A stretch of DNA of 37,985 nucleotides, taken from the NCBI GenBank assembly GCA_039024735.1, contig JBCCPW010000001.1, forward strand, positions 1 through 37,985, in the 5' to 3' direction. This DNA comes from Bacteroidota bacterium (lineage in GTDB: Bacteria > Bacteroidota > Rhodothermia > Rhodothermales > Rubricoccaceae). The stretch's first letter is position 1. Every line of letters starts with the position of its first letter. This document shows positions 30,294-37,985 of this stretch, piece by piece. The translations under genes were made by a program, and so were the position numbers. The notes under the pieces are model-generated. The model did not search any database. It saw only the letters and a list, made by a program, of their open reading frames with translations, and was not told the DNA's origin.

Positions 30294-31772
30294 TCACGTC
30301 GCGCGCTCCGCGCAGAACGTCGCGAGGCGATCCACCGCGGCCCGCAGCGCAGGCGGCTCCGCGCGGCCGTAGCCCAGCACGATCCCGCCTCGGTCGCGGA
30401 GTGTTTCCATGTCCGCCGTGTGCGTCGAGAGCGCCGTCGCGCCGATGCCCTCGCCCGAGACGACCCCGGCCGCCTCGGTGTCGTCCACGCCGGGGGGGAG
30501 CCAGAGGCAGACGTGGAGCCCGGCTTCCGTCGGCCCGAGGGTCACGCCGGGGATGGCCGCGTCGGTCACCGCTTGCACGAGGGCGTCGCAGCGGTGACGG
30601 TAGAGGCGTCGCGTGCGGCGCAGGTGGGAGGCCAGCATGCCGTCCGCGACGAACGCCGCGACCGTCGCCTGCGCGATCATCGGCGGGCCGCCCCCGAGGA
30701 GGCGCACGGCCTGGGCGAGCGGCCCGACCAGCGCCTCGGGCACGATGGCGTAGCCCACCCGGAGGCCCGGGAACAGCGATTTGTTGAACGTGCCGACGTA
30801 GAGCACGCGCCCCGAGGCGTCGATGCTCTGAAGAGGCGCGAGGGGGCGCCCGGCGTGGCGGTACTCGCTGTCGTAGTCGTCCTCCACGATCCACGCGTCG
30901 GCCGCCTCGGCCCAGCGGAGGAGCGCGAGGCGCCGGTCCACGCTCATCACGGCACCGAGGGGGAATTGGTGCGACGGTGTAGCGTAGGCGAGCCGGGCAT
31001 CGGGCGCGAGGCGGGTGCCCGCCTCCACGTCCAGGCCCTCGTCGTCCACCGGGACCGAGACGACCCGAGCGCCGATGCTCTCGAAGGCGGCCCGCGCGAA
31101 GACGTAGCCGGGCTCTTCCATCCAGACGGCATCGCCCGCATCCAGCACCACGCGACCGAGAACGGCCATCGCCTGCTGCGTCCCGGTCGTGACGATGACC
31201 TGATGGGGCGTGCAGGTGAGTCCCCGGAACGAGGCGAGGTGGTCCGCGATGGCGCGGCGGAGCACCGGGAGCCCGGCGGGCGGGGGCGGCGCGAGGAGGG
31301 CATCGCCGTGCTCGCGGAGGACGCGAGCCGTGGTCCGCCGCCAGTCGTCGATGGGGATCGCTTGCTCGTCGGCGCGGCAGGGGCTCGTGCAGAGCACCCA
31401 GGGGGCATCGGCGGGGGCGACCCACTGCTGTGCCCAGTCCGAGACGCGAGGGAGATGGGGCGCTGCCGTGACCACCGAGGCGGGCAGGGGCATCGGGCGC
31501 TCCAGGTCGATGTCGGCGACGTAGGTGCCCGAGCCCTGGCGCCGCGTGATGAAGCCTTCGTCCAGCAGCCGGGCGTAGGCTTCTTCGACCGTCGTGCGGG
31601 AGACGCCCACGTCGCGGGCGAGCACGCGCGAGGCGGGTAGCCGGAGGCCCGAGGCGAGGTGGCCGGTCAGGACGAGGTCGCGAAGGCGGGTCGCGAGGCG
31701 CTCGTAGGTGGGGGCAGGGCCGGGAGCAGGCGCGAGCGGCAGGTCCAGCGCGGGCGGTGCGGTGCGGGGCAT
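30294..31772 (-). CDS. MocR/GabR-family transcriptional regulator (GntR wHTH + PLP aminotransferase-like domain), 492 aa
   Basis: RLPASRVLARDVGVSRTTVEEAY...GSGTYV wHTH; TPSHQFPLG, WIVEDDYDSEY, GTFNKSLFPGLRVGY (PLP Lys). Start trimmed to ATG 31772. Confidence 0.94.
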   Translation of the reverse strand: MPRTAPPALDLPLAPAPGPAPTYERLATRLRDLVLTGHLASGLRLPASRVLARDVGVSRTTVEEAYARLLDEGFITRRQGSGTYVADIDLERPMPLPASVVTAAPHLPRVSDWAQQWVAPADAPWVLCTSPCRADEQAIPIDDWRRTTARVLREHGDALLAPPPPAGLPVLRRAIADHLASFRGLTCTPHQVIVTTGTQQAMAVLGRVVLDAGDAVWMEEPGYVFARAAFESIGARVVSVPVDDEGLDVEAGTRLAPDARLAYATPSHQFPLGAVMSVDRRLALLRWAEAADAWIVEDDYDSEYRHAGRPLAPLQSIDASGRVLYVGTFNKSLFPGLRVGYAIVPEALVGPLAQAVRLLGGGPPMIAQATVAAFVADGMLASHLRRTRRLYRHRCDALVQAVTDAAIPGVTLGPTEAGLHVCLWLPPGVDDTEAAGVVSGEGIGATALSTHTADMETLRDRGGIVLGYGRAEPPALRAAVDRLATFCAERAT

Positions 31773-31820
31773 AAGTGGTCTGGTCAGAAAGTCCAGAATG
31801 GATCTGGATGATAGCCACTT
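31773..31820. promoter_or_regulatory. Putative MocR operator in the divergent promoter
   Basis: AAGTGGTCT...AATGGATCT direct repeats plus inverted AGCCACTT (reverse complement AAGTGGCT) in an AT-richer patch. This two-direct-plus-one-inverted layout is typical of MocR-family sites. Confidence 0.65.
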
Positions 31821-31865
31821 TGGGCCGGAGGTTGGGCGTGCCTCTCGTTTTCCCCCCTCCAACCG

Positions 31866-32759
31866 ATGACCCGTCCGTCGCCGCCGATGGCCGCCGTGCT
31901 GGCCGCCTTCGGCATCGTCTACCTCGTCTGGGGCTCCACGTACCTCGCGATCCGCTTCGCCATCGAGACGCTCCCGCCGTTCACGATGGCCGGGTCGCGG
32001 TTCGCCATCGCGGGCCTCGTGCTGTACGCCATCGTTCGGCTCCGGGGCGCGGAGGCACCGAGGCGGGCGCACTGGCGGACCGCCGCCATCGTAGGGACGC
32101 TTCTCCTGGTGGGCGGCATCGGCGCGACCACCTGGGCCATCCAGCGGATCCCGTCGGGCATCGCGGCGCTCCTCGTCGCGACGCTCCCGATGTGGATGGT
32201 TCTCATCGACGCCACGCGGCAGCGCGTGCGGCCGACCGCCTCGGTGGCACTCGGGGTCGCCCTCGGGCTGGCCGGGGTGGCGGTGCTGATCGGACCGTCG
32301 GAGTTGGGCAGCGAGCCTGTGGACCTCCTCGGTGCGGTGACGGTGCTGGGCGCGACGATGAGCTGGTCGGCGGGCTCGGTGTACCAGCGCGGGGCCGAGA
32401 CGGCGCCTGACACGCTGCTCAACGTCGCGATGCAGATGCTCGTGGGGGGCGTGCTGCTGATCGCCCTCGGGGGCCTCCTCGGTGAGCGTCCGGTGCTGGA
32501 CGAGGCCTCGCTCCGGTCCATGCTCTCGCTCGCGTACCTGATCGTGTTCGGGTCGCTGATCGCGTACAGCGCCTACGTCTGGCTGCTGGGCGTGTCCACG
32601 CCCGCGAAGGTCTCGACGTACGCCTACGTCAACCCGGTGGTGGCGGTGATCCTCGGCTGGTGGCTCGCGGACGAGCCGCTCAACGGGCGCGTGGTCCTCG
32701 CGGCGGTGGCGGTCGTCACGGCCGTCGTGCTGATGACGCGCCGAAAGAAGGTGGCGTGA
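31866..32759 (+). CDS. EamA/DMT family transporter (YedA-like), 297 aa
   Basis: VYLVWGSTYLAIRFAIETLPPF, IPSGIAALL, YLIVFGSLIAYSAYVWLL, STYAYVNPVVAVILG; about 10 TM helices. Confidence 0.93.
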   Translation: MTRPSPPMAAVLAAFGIVYLVWGSTYLAIRFAIETLPPFTMAGSRFAIAGLVLYAIVRLRGAEAPRRAHWRTAAIVGTLLLVGGIGATTWAIQRIPSGIAALLVATLPMWMVLIDATRQRVRPTASVALGVALGLAGVAVLIGPSELGSEPVDLLGAVTVLGATMSWSAGSVYQRGAETAPDTLLNVAMQMLVGGVLLIALGGLLGERPVLDEASLRSMLSLAYLIVFGSLIAYSAYVWLLGVSTPAKVSTYAYVNPVVAVILGWWLADEPLNGRVVLAAVAVVTAVVLMTRRKKVA

Positions 32760-32777
32760 CGGTCCGCCTCGGGGCGC

Positions 32778-32815
32778 TCCGCCTCGGTGCCTTCGCGAGG
32801 ACGCACCGAGGCGGG
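32778..32815. terminator. Motif-built hairpin between convergent genes
   Basis: TCCGCCTCGGTGC (32778-32790) pairs with GCACCGAGGCGGG (32803-32815), between the stops at 32759 and 32821. Confidence 0.6.
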
Positions 32816-32820
32816 AGGCG

Positions 32821-33708
32821 TCAGAGCGCGAGGAGGCGGATGGCGCCGCTGCCGGTGCCGACGCGGATCGTCGCGCCGCCGCCGCTCAGTCGGCCCCGGG
32901 CCTCGCGGCGCTCCTCCTGACCGGCAAAGTCCAGGTCGTCGTCGATGCGGACCGAGCCGCCGTCGAGGTTCACGTCGAAGCCGTCACGGTCGTCGAGGCG
33001 GAGGGTGACGCTGCCGGAGCCGGTGTCGAAGACCGCCCGGCCGGTGTCCGCCAGCGCGAGGTCTACGTCGCCGGAGCCGGTGTCCACCGAGACGGTGCCG
33101 CCCTCCACGATCCCGATCTCAACATCACCGGAGCCGGTGTCGATGCGGACATCGCCGCGAAGGCGTCCGGCCTCCACATCGCCCGAGCCGGTGTCGATCA
33201 GGATGGTGTCGCCGGTCACGTTCTCCAGCGACACGTCGCCGGAGCCGGTGTCGATGCGTGCGTCGCCGGTGATGGACGCGAGTTGGATGTCGCCTGCGCC
33301 CGTGTCGAGAGAAACGGAGTACTCGCGCGGGATCTCGAGGGTGACCGTGAACGAGGCCTCGGTGCGGGTCCAGCGGCCCCAGCGCCGAGGCGGGCGGGTG
33401 CGGACGATGAGGTCGGAGCCAGAGGCCTGGGCGGAGAAGCGGCGGCGCTCGAACTCGCGCTCGGCATCGCGCCCGCGGCCTTCCACGGTCACGCGAGCGC
33501 GGTCGCCACGGGTGGTGCGGATCGTCACGTTCTCGTTGCCGAGGTCGAGCCGGAGTTCGCCGCCCGCCCGGACGCGGAAGATCTCATCGAAGAGGACATC
33601 GGTCGAAGCCGCCGTCGCGAAAGGAGGGGGCACCGAGGCGGACACCACGGGCGCCGCGACGGCGAGGAGGAGGGGGATCGCGAGGAGCGAGAGGAGGCGA
33701 GAGCGCAT
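32821..33708 (-). CDS. DUF4097 family beta-strand repeat protein, secreted (295 aa)
   Basis: Signal peptide; repeated (I/V/F)DTGSGDV units; C-terminal GGGATIRVGTGSGAIRL. Confidence 0.85.
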   Translation of the reverse strand: MRSRLLSLLAIPLLLAVAAPVVSASVPPPFATAASTDVLFDEIFRVRAGGELRLDLGNENVTIRTTRGDRARVTVEGRGRDAEREFERRRFSAQASGSDLIVRTRPPRRWGRWTRTEASFTVTLEIPREYSVSLDTGAGDIQLASITGDARIDTGSGDVSLENVTGDTILIDTGSGDVEAGRLRGDVRIDTGSGDVEIGIVEGGTVSVDTGSGDVDLALADTGRAVFDTGSGSVTLRLDDRDGFDVNLDGGSVRIDDDLDFAGQEERREARGRLSGGGATIRVGTGSGAIRLLAL

Positions 33709-33943
33709 GGTGGCAGAACAAGGGGGTGCGTCCCGGACGGTCTCCGCCTCGGGGAGGTTACACGGTCTGCGAAAAAAACCGCACGGCCTGGTTCTGGAAT
33801 GTGACCGGGCTCGAAGAATCCCGGCGCACCGAGACGGCCGACCGCTGTCCCGTCTCGGTGGTCAGTGGGCGCCGCTCGCTTGTGGCACAGGCAGTGTCAC
33901 TTTCGGCCAACCGGGATGCACCGAGGCGGGCGTGTGAGAGGGG

Positions 33944-34420
33944 TCAGACGCGGCGCTGTCCGTTTCGCCCCGGCGGCGGGGCCTCCTGACGGATGACGGC
34001 GTCTGTCATCCAGCACCCGTCGTACTCGCCCCCGCGCTGGCGGGAGAGGCCGAAGACGTACGCCACGCGCCGTCCGTCGGACTGAACGAGCGTGACGCGC
34101 TGGGCCGCTTCGTCTCCCTGGATCCGGATGTCGCTGTACATCGCGCGCTCGAAGCCGAGCATGTCCCGGTAGGCCGGGCCCTTGACCATCGCCGTGAACC
34201 GCTCCAGCGGCCCGGTCGCCGCGCGGTTGTCGGGTGACGCGAAGCGGAAGGCGGTCGCGATGCCTGCGTCATCCTCGTTGTTGGCTTGCAACGCTTCTAC
34301 CTGGAGGCGGATGACCTCCTCGGCGGTGAGGTCAGGGGAGGGTTTGGGATCGTCCATGGGGTCGGCGCGAATCGCCAGTAGCGCGATGGGAAGCACCAGG
34401 AGAAGGAAGAGAGGACGCAT
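33944..34420 (-). CDS. DUF4864-like domain protein, exported (158 aa)
   Basis: PSPDLTAEEVIRLQVEALQ...GIATAFRFASPDNR...GPLERFTAMV..PAY...YVFGLSRQ...GCWMTDAV. Start trimmed to ATG 34420. Confidence 0.75.
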   Translation of the reverse strand: MRPLFLLLVLPIALLAIRADPMDDPKPSPDLTAEEVIRLQVEALQANNEDDAGIATAFRFASPDNRAATGPLERFTAMVKGPAYRDMLGFERAMYSDIRIQGDEAAQRVTLVQSDGRRVAYVFGLSRQRGGEYDGCWMTDAVIRQEAPPPGRNGQRRV

Positions 34421-34603
34421 GGGGTCGGGACGCGGGCTCTCCTTTCGTATCGACACCGCGCCGAGAAGGTCCCGCGAACGCCCGGCGTTCCAGGCGCCCG
34501 GAGAACACAGGCCGCCTCGGTTCTGCCGACCGTCCTCCTCGGTGCCGATGCCAAACCACCGAGGCGGGCGATGTGGAACTCTCCGTGACGAGCGGCCGAG
34601 CGG

Positions 34604-34633
34604 TTGCCCCGGGGCTCGCGCGCACCCTAGATT
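34604..34633 (+). promoter_or_regulatory. Candidate sigma-70-type promoter of tRNA-Ser
   Basis: TTGCCC-N18-TAGATT followed by a GC-rich discriminator, 11 nt before the tRNA. Confidence 0.4.
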
Positions 34634-34644
34634 CGCGGCCCCAC

Positions 34645-34734
<90 letters not shown>

Positions 34735-34745
34735 TGCGAATTCCG

Positions 34746-34780
34746 AAAACCGGTCCAGGCTCCCGTCCTGGGCCGGTTTT
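34746..34780 (+). terminator. Intrinsic terminator after tRNA-Ser
   Basis: AAAACCGGTCCAGG-CTCCCGT-CCTGGGCCGGTTTT. Confidence 0.85.
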
Positions 34781-35121
34781 CTGTATCTGGGGGGCGGGAT
34801 CGGGGGTGTCTTGATCTTGATCGGCGTTCTCTAGAATCGTCCGCCACGAGGCGACGAGGAAGACGGTGGGCTCCTGCTGACGGTGAGCTCCTGTGGCAGC
34901 AGATCGCGAGGGTACCGCCTCGGTCCCCTGCTGCCCAGGGAACAGTGGAATCGGCACCGAGGCGGGGCGACTGGGCTGGTGAGCGTCGGGCCTGGCCGGT
35001 CGGGGAGGGGTCTCATCCGTTCCCGTTGCGACGCGGCCGGGGTTCGTTTGGAGTCGGCATGGGGCCTCTACCCGAGTGGCTCCCGCCTACATATGTTCCG
35101 GCACCTTCACCCGCTCTCCCT

Positions 35122-37985
35122 ATGCGCTCCCTACTGCTCTCCCTCCTCCTCTCGCTCGTGCTGGTGGTGCCTGCCAGTGCCCAGGAGGACCCGCTCACTG
35201 TGGCGGACTTGAGCTACAACGCCCTCTCGTGGCGAGGCATCGGACCGGCCTTCACGTCAGGCCGCATCGCCGACATCGCGATTCACCCGCACGACCCGCA
35301 AACGTGGTACGTCGCCGTCGGCAGCGGTGGCGTGTGGATGACCTCGAACAGCGGCACCACCTGGACCTCCCTCTTCGACGGACAGTCGTCCTACTCGACT
35401 GGGTCCATCGCGATCGATCCGCAGAACCCGAACATCATCTGGGTGGGGACCGGCGAGAACGTCGGCGGACGGCACGCAGCCTACGGCGACGGCATCTACC
35501 GCTCGTCCGACGGCGGCCGGACGTGGGAAAACCGCGGCCTCAAAGAGAGCGAACGCCTTTCCACCATCTGGATCCATCCCGACGATTCCGACGTGGTGCT
35601 TGTCGCGGCGCAGGGCCCGATGTGGAGCAGCGGCGGCGAACGCGGCCTCTACCGCACGGAAGACGGCGGCGAGACGTGGTCCCAGGTGCTCGGCGACGAT
35701 GAGTGGACCGGTGCGACGGACATCGTCGTGGACCCGCGTGACCCCGACGTGATGTACGCCGCCACGTGGGACCGCCATCGAACCGTCGCGGCCTACATGG
35801 GCGGTGGCCCCGGAACCGGCATCCACAAGAGCACCGACGGCGGCCGGACGTGGACGGAACTGACACGCGGGCTGCCCTCGAGCAACATGGGCAAGATCGG
35901 CCTCGCCATCTCCCATCAGAACCCGGATATCGTCTACGCGGCCATTGAGACGGACCAGCGCAGCGGTGGCATCTGGGTGACCCGAGACCGAGGCGCGCGA
36001 TGGACCAAAGCCTCGGACGCGGTCGCCGGAGGGACCGGCCCGCACTACTACCAGGAACTGTACGCCTCGCCGCATCACGAGGGCCGCATCTACCTGATGG
36101 ACGTGCGCGTGCAGCAGTCCAATGACCACGGCGAGACCTTCTTTATCCAGAACACCAGAAACAAGCACGTCGACAACCACGCGCTCGCCTTCCACCCGAC
36201 CGATCCCGACTACCTCCTCGCTGGGACGGACGGCGGCATCTACGAGTCGGTCGATGGCGGCAACAGTTGGCGGTACATCGACAACCTCCCCGTCATCCAG
36301 TACTACAAGGTCGCCGTGGACGATGCGGCTCCCTTCTACAACATCTACGGCGGCACCCAGGACAACAACTCGCACGGCGGCCCCTCGGCCACAGACACGC
36401 GCGAGGGGGCAGGCAACGGCGACTGGTTCATCACACTCGGTGGCGACGGCCACCAGTCGGCCACCGAGCCGGGCAACCCGGACATCACCTACGCTCAGTC
36501 CCAACAGGGCAACCTGCACCGGATCGATCAGGTCACCGGCGAGGCGACGTACATCGTGCCGCAGCCCGGACCGGGCGAAGGCCCCGAGCGCTTCAACTGG
36601 GACGCCCCGATCCTCGTCAGCCCGCACGACCCTGCGACGCTCTACTTCGCCTCGCAGCGGGTGTGGATGTCGACCAACCGTGGCGACAGCTGGACGGCCA
36701 TCTCGGGCGACCTGACGCGCAATCAGGAACGCTTCGAACTCCCGATCATGGGCCGCATCCAGTCGATCGACAACGCGTGGGACATCTACGCGATGTCGGT
36801 CTACAACACGATCACTTCGGTGGACGTGTCGGCTCAGGACGCCAACCTGATCTACGCAGGAACAGACGACGGCTTGCTGCAGGTCACCGAGGACGGTGGC
36901 GGCTCGTGGCGCGCCATCGAAGTTGGCTCGATCCGCGGCGTGCCTGCGACCGCCTTTGTCAACCACGTCTACGCTGATCTGCACGACGCCAACACGGTCT
37001 ACGCTGCGCTCGACAACCACAAGTACGGCGACTTCGCCCCGTACCTCGTCAAGAGCACGGATCGCGGCCGTTCATGGGAGATGGCGACCGAGGGCATCCC
37101 CGAGCGCACGCTGGTGTGGCGTCTCGTCCAGGACCACGTGCAGCCTGACCTGCTCTTCGCGGCTACCGAGTTCGGCGTGTACTTCTCGCCCGACCGAGGC
37201 GGCGAGTGGATCGAACTCGGCGGGGACATGCCGACCATCGGCGTGCGCGACATCGTCATCCAGCGCCGCGAGAATGACCTGGTAGCGGGAACGTTCGGGC
37301 GCGGCTTCCTCATCCTCGATGATTACAGCCCGCTGCGCGAGATGACCGACGATGTCCTGGCGAGCGAAGGGCATCTCTTCGGCCTGCGCGACGCCAAGCG
37401 CTTCAACTATCGCCGGGCCAGCAACGGGTCGGTTGGCGATGACGAGTACCGGGCTCCCAACCCCGAGTACGGGGCCGTCTTCACGTACTACCTCCGCGAC
37501 GGCTTCCAGAGCCTCGAAGCCCAGCGCAAGAAGGCGGAGGGCGAGATCGAGGACGGCGAGGACGTGCCGTTCCCCGGCTGGGACGCCCTGGATGCCGAGC
37601 GCAACGAGGAAGCCGACCGCGTCGAGTTGCACATCCGGACCGCCGAGGGCGATGTGATTGCGCGGGTCCAAGGCCGAAACTCGAAGGGCTTGCATCGGGT
37701 CGCGTGGGATCTCGAGCGAGACGCGCTCGGACCGATCACGCCGGGCGAGAACAGCCGCGTGAGTGGCTTTGAGGCCGAACCGGGCACGTACTCGGCCACG
37801 CTCGTGCGCATCGCGGCCGGAGAGACGCAGACGCTCTCGGTGCCGGTCTCCTTCGATATAGTGCCGCTACGCGACGGCGCTCTCCGCTCCGCATCGCCTG
37901 CGGACCTGACAGCGTTCCGCGAGCGCATGGAGCGTCTCGCGACCGAGATGTCGCTCTTCTCGAATGCCGTGGAGCGCGCCAGTGA
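35122..37985 (+). CDS. VPS10/sortilin-like BNR (Asp-box) repeat protein, commonly annotated as glycosyl hydrolase; 3' end beyond the window
   Basis: Not in the ORF track because it is open at the window end. Frame from ATG 35122: MRSLLLSLLLSLVLVVPASAQ...WRGIGPAFTSGRIADIAIHP...GSGGVWMTSNSGTTW...GTGE...GDGIYRSSDGGRTW, with repeated S/T.D.G.TW Asp-boxes, GGTQDN, RFNWDAP and GTFGRGF. Confidence 0.9.
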   Translation, partial: MRSLLLSLLLSLVLVVPASAQEDPLTVADLSYNALSWRGIGPAFTSGRIADIAIHPHDPQTWYVAVGSGGVWMTSNSGTTWTSLFDGQSSYSTGSIAIDPQNPNIIWVGTGENVGGRHAAYGDGIYRSSDGGRTWENRGLKESERLSTIWIHPDDSDVVLVAAQGPMWSSGGERGLYRTEDGGETWSQVLGDDEWTGATDIVVDPRDPDVMYAATWDRHRTVAAYMGGGPGTGIHKSTDGGRTWTELTRGLPSSNMGKIGLAISHQNPDIVYAAIETDQRSGGIWVTRDRGARWTKASDAVAGGTGPHYYQELYASPHHEGRIYLMDVRVQQSNDHGETFFIQNTRNKHVDNHALAFHPTDPDYLLAGTDGGIYESVDGGNSWRYIDNLPVIQYYKVAVDDAAPFYNIYGGTQDNNSHGGPSATDTREGAGNGDWFITLGGDGHQSATEPGNPDITYAQSQQGNLHRIDQVTGEATYIVPQPGPGEGPERFNWDAPILVSPHDPATLYFASQRVWMSTNRGDSWTAISGDLTRNQERFELPIMGRIQSIDNAWDIYAMSVYNTITSVDVSAQDANLIYAGTDDGLLQVTEDGGGSWRAIEVGSIRGVPATAFVNHVYADLHDANTVYAALDNHKYGDFAPYLVKSTDRGRSWEMATEGIPERTLVWRLVQDHVQPDLLFAATEFGVYFSPDRGGEWIELGGDMPTIGVRDIVIQRRENDLVAGTFGRGFLILDDYSPLREMTDDVLASEGHLFGLRDAKRFNYRRASNGSVGDDEYRAPNPEYGAVFTYYLRDGFQSLEAQRKKAEGEIEDGEDVPFPGWDALDAERNEEADRVELHIRTAEGDVIARVQGRNSKGLHRVAWDLERDALGPITPGENSRVSGFEAEPGTYSATLVRIAAGETQTLSVPVSFDIVPLRDGALRSASPADLTAFRERMERLATEMSLFSNAVERAS

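Noticed and set aside
33000-33310. Repeated CCGGAGCCGGTGTC DNA units
   Set aside because: These simply encode the DTGSG repeats of the DUF4097 protein and are not an independent DNA element.

Overview
High-GC (about 70% by eye) bacterial chromosome segment. It is most consistent with Rhodothermota (Rubrivirga/Rubricoccus-like), inferred from T9SS C-terminal domains at this GC content and a Bacteroidota-type split atp operon. The left part holds four large secreted proteins (three with visible T9SS C-terminal domains and a shared GWRL...GFWWY module), a TIGR01777 epimerase, acnA, a DsbA-like lipoprotein, an OM barrel-PKD-OmpA protein and rpsT. The middle holds an M23 peptidase-bactofilin-atpZ-atpI-like-atpBEFHAG run. 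The right part holds a DUF3471-like protein, a HisKA_3/NarL two-component pair, a divergent MocR/EamA pair, DUF4097- and DUF4864-like proteins, tRNA-Ser(GCT) and a partial VPS10/BNR-repeat protein. The most striking signal is not a gene. A non-palindromic motif, (GC)ACCGAGGCGG(G) / (C)CCGCCTCGGT(GC), occurs about 60 times by manual tally (about 1.6 per kb, against under 1 copy expected in the whole window). It lies on both strands, forms inverted-pair hairpins at gene ends and is embedded in coding frames. This is the pattern of DNA uptake sequences, but the sequence matches no DUS/USS I know. No mobile element or CRISPR array was seen.
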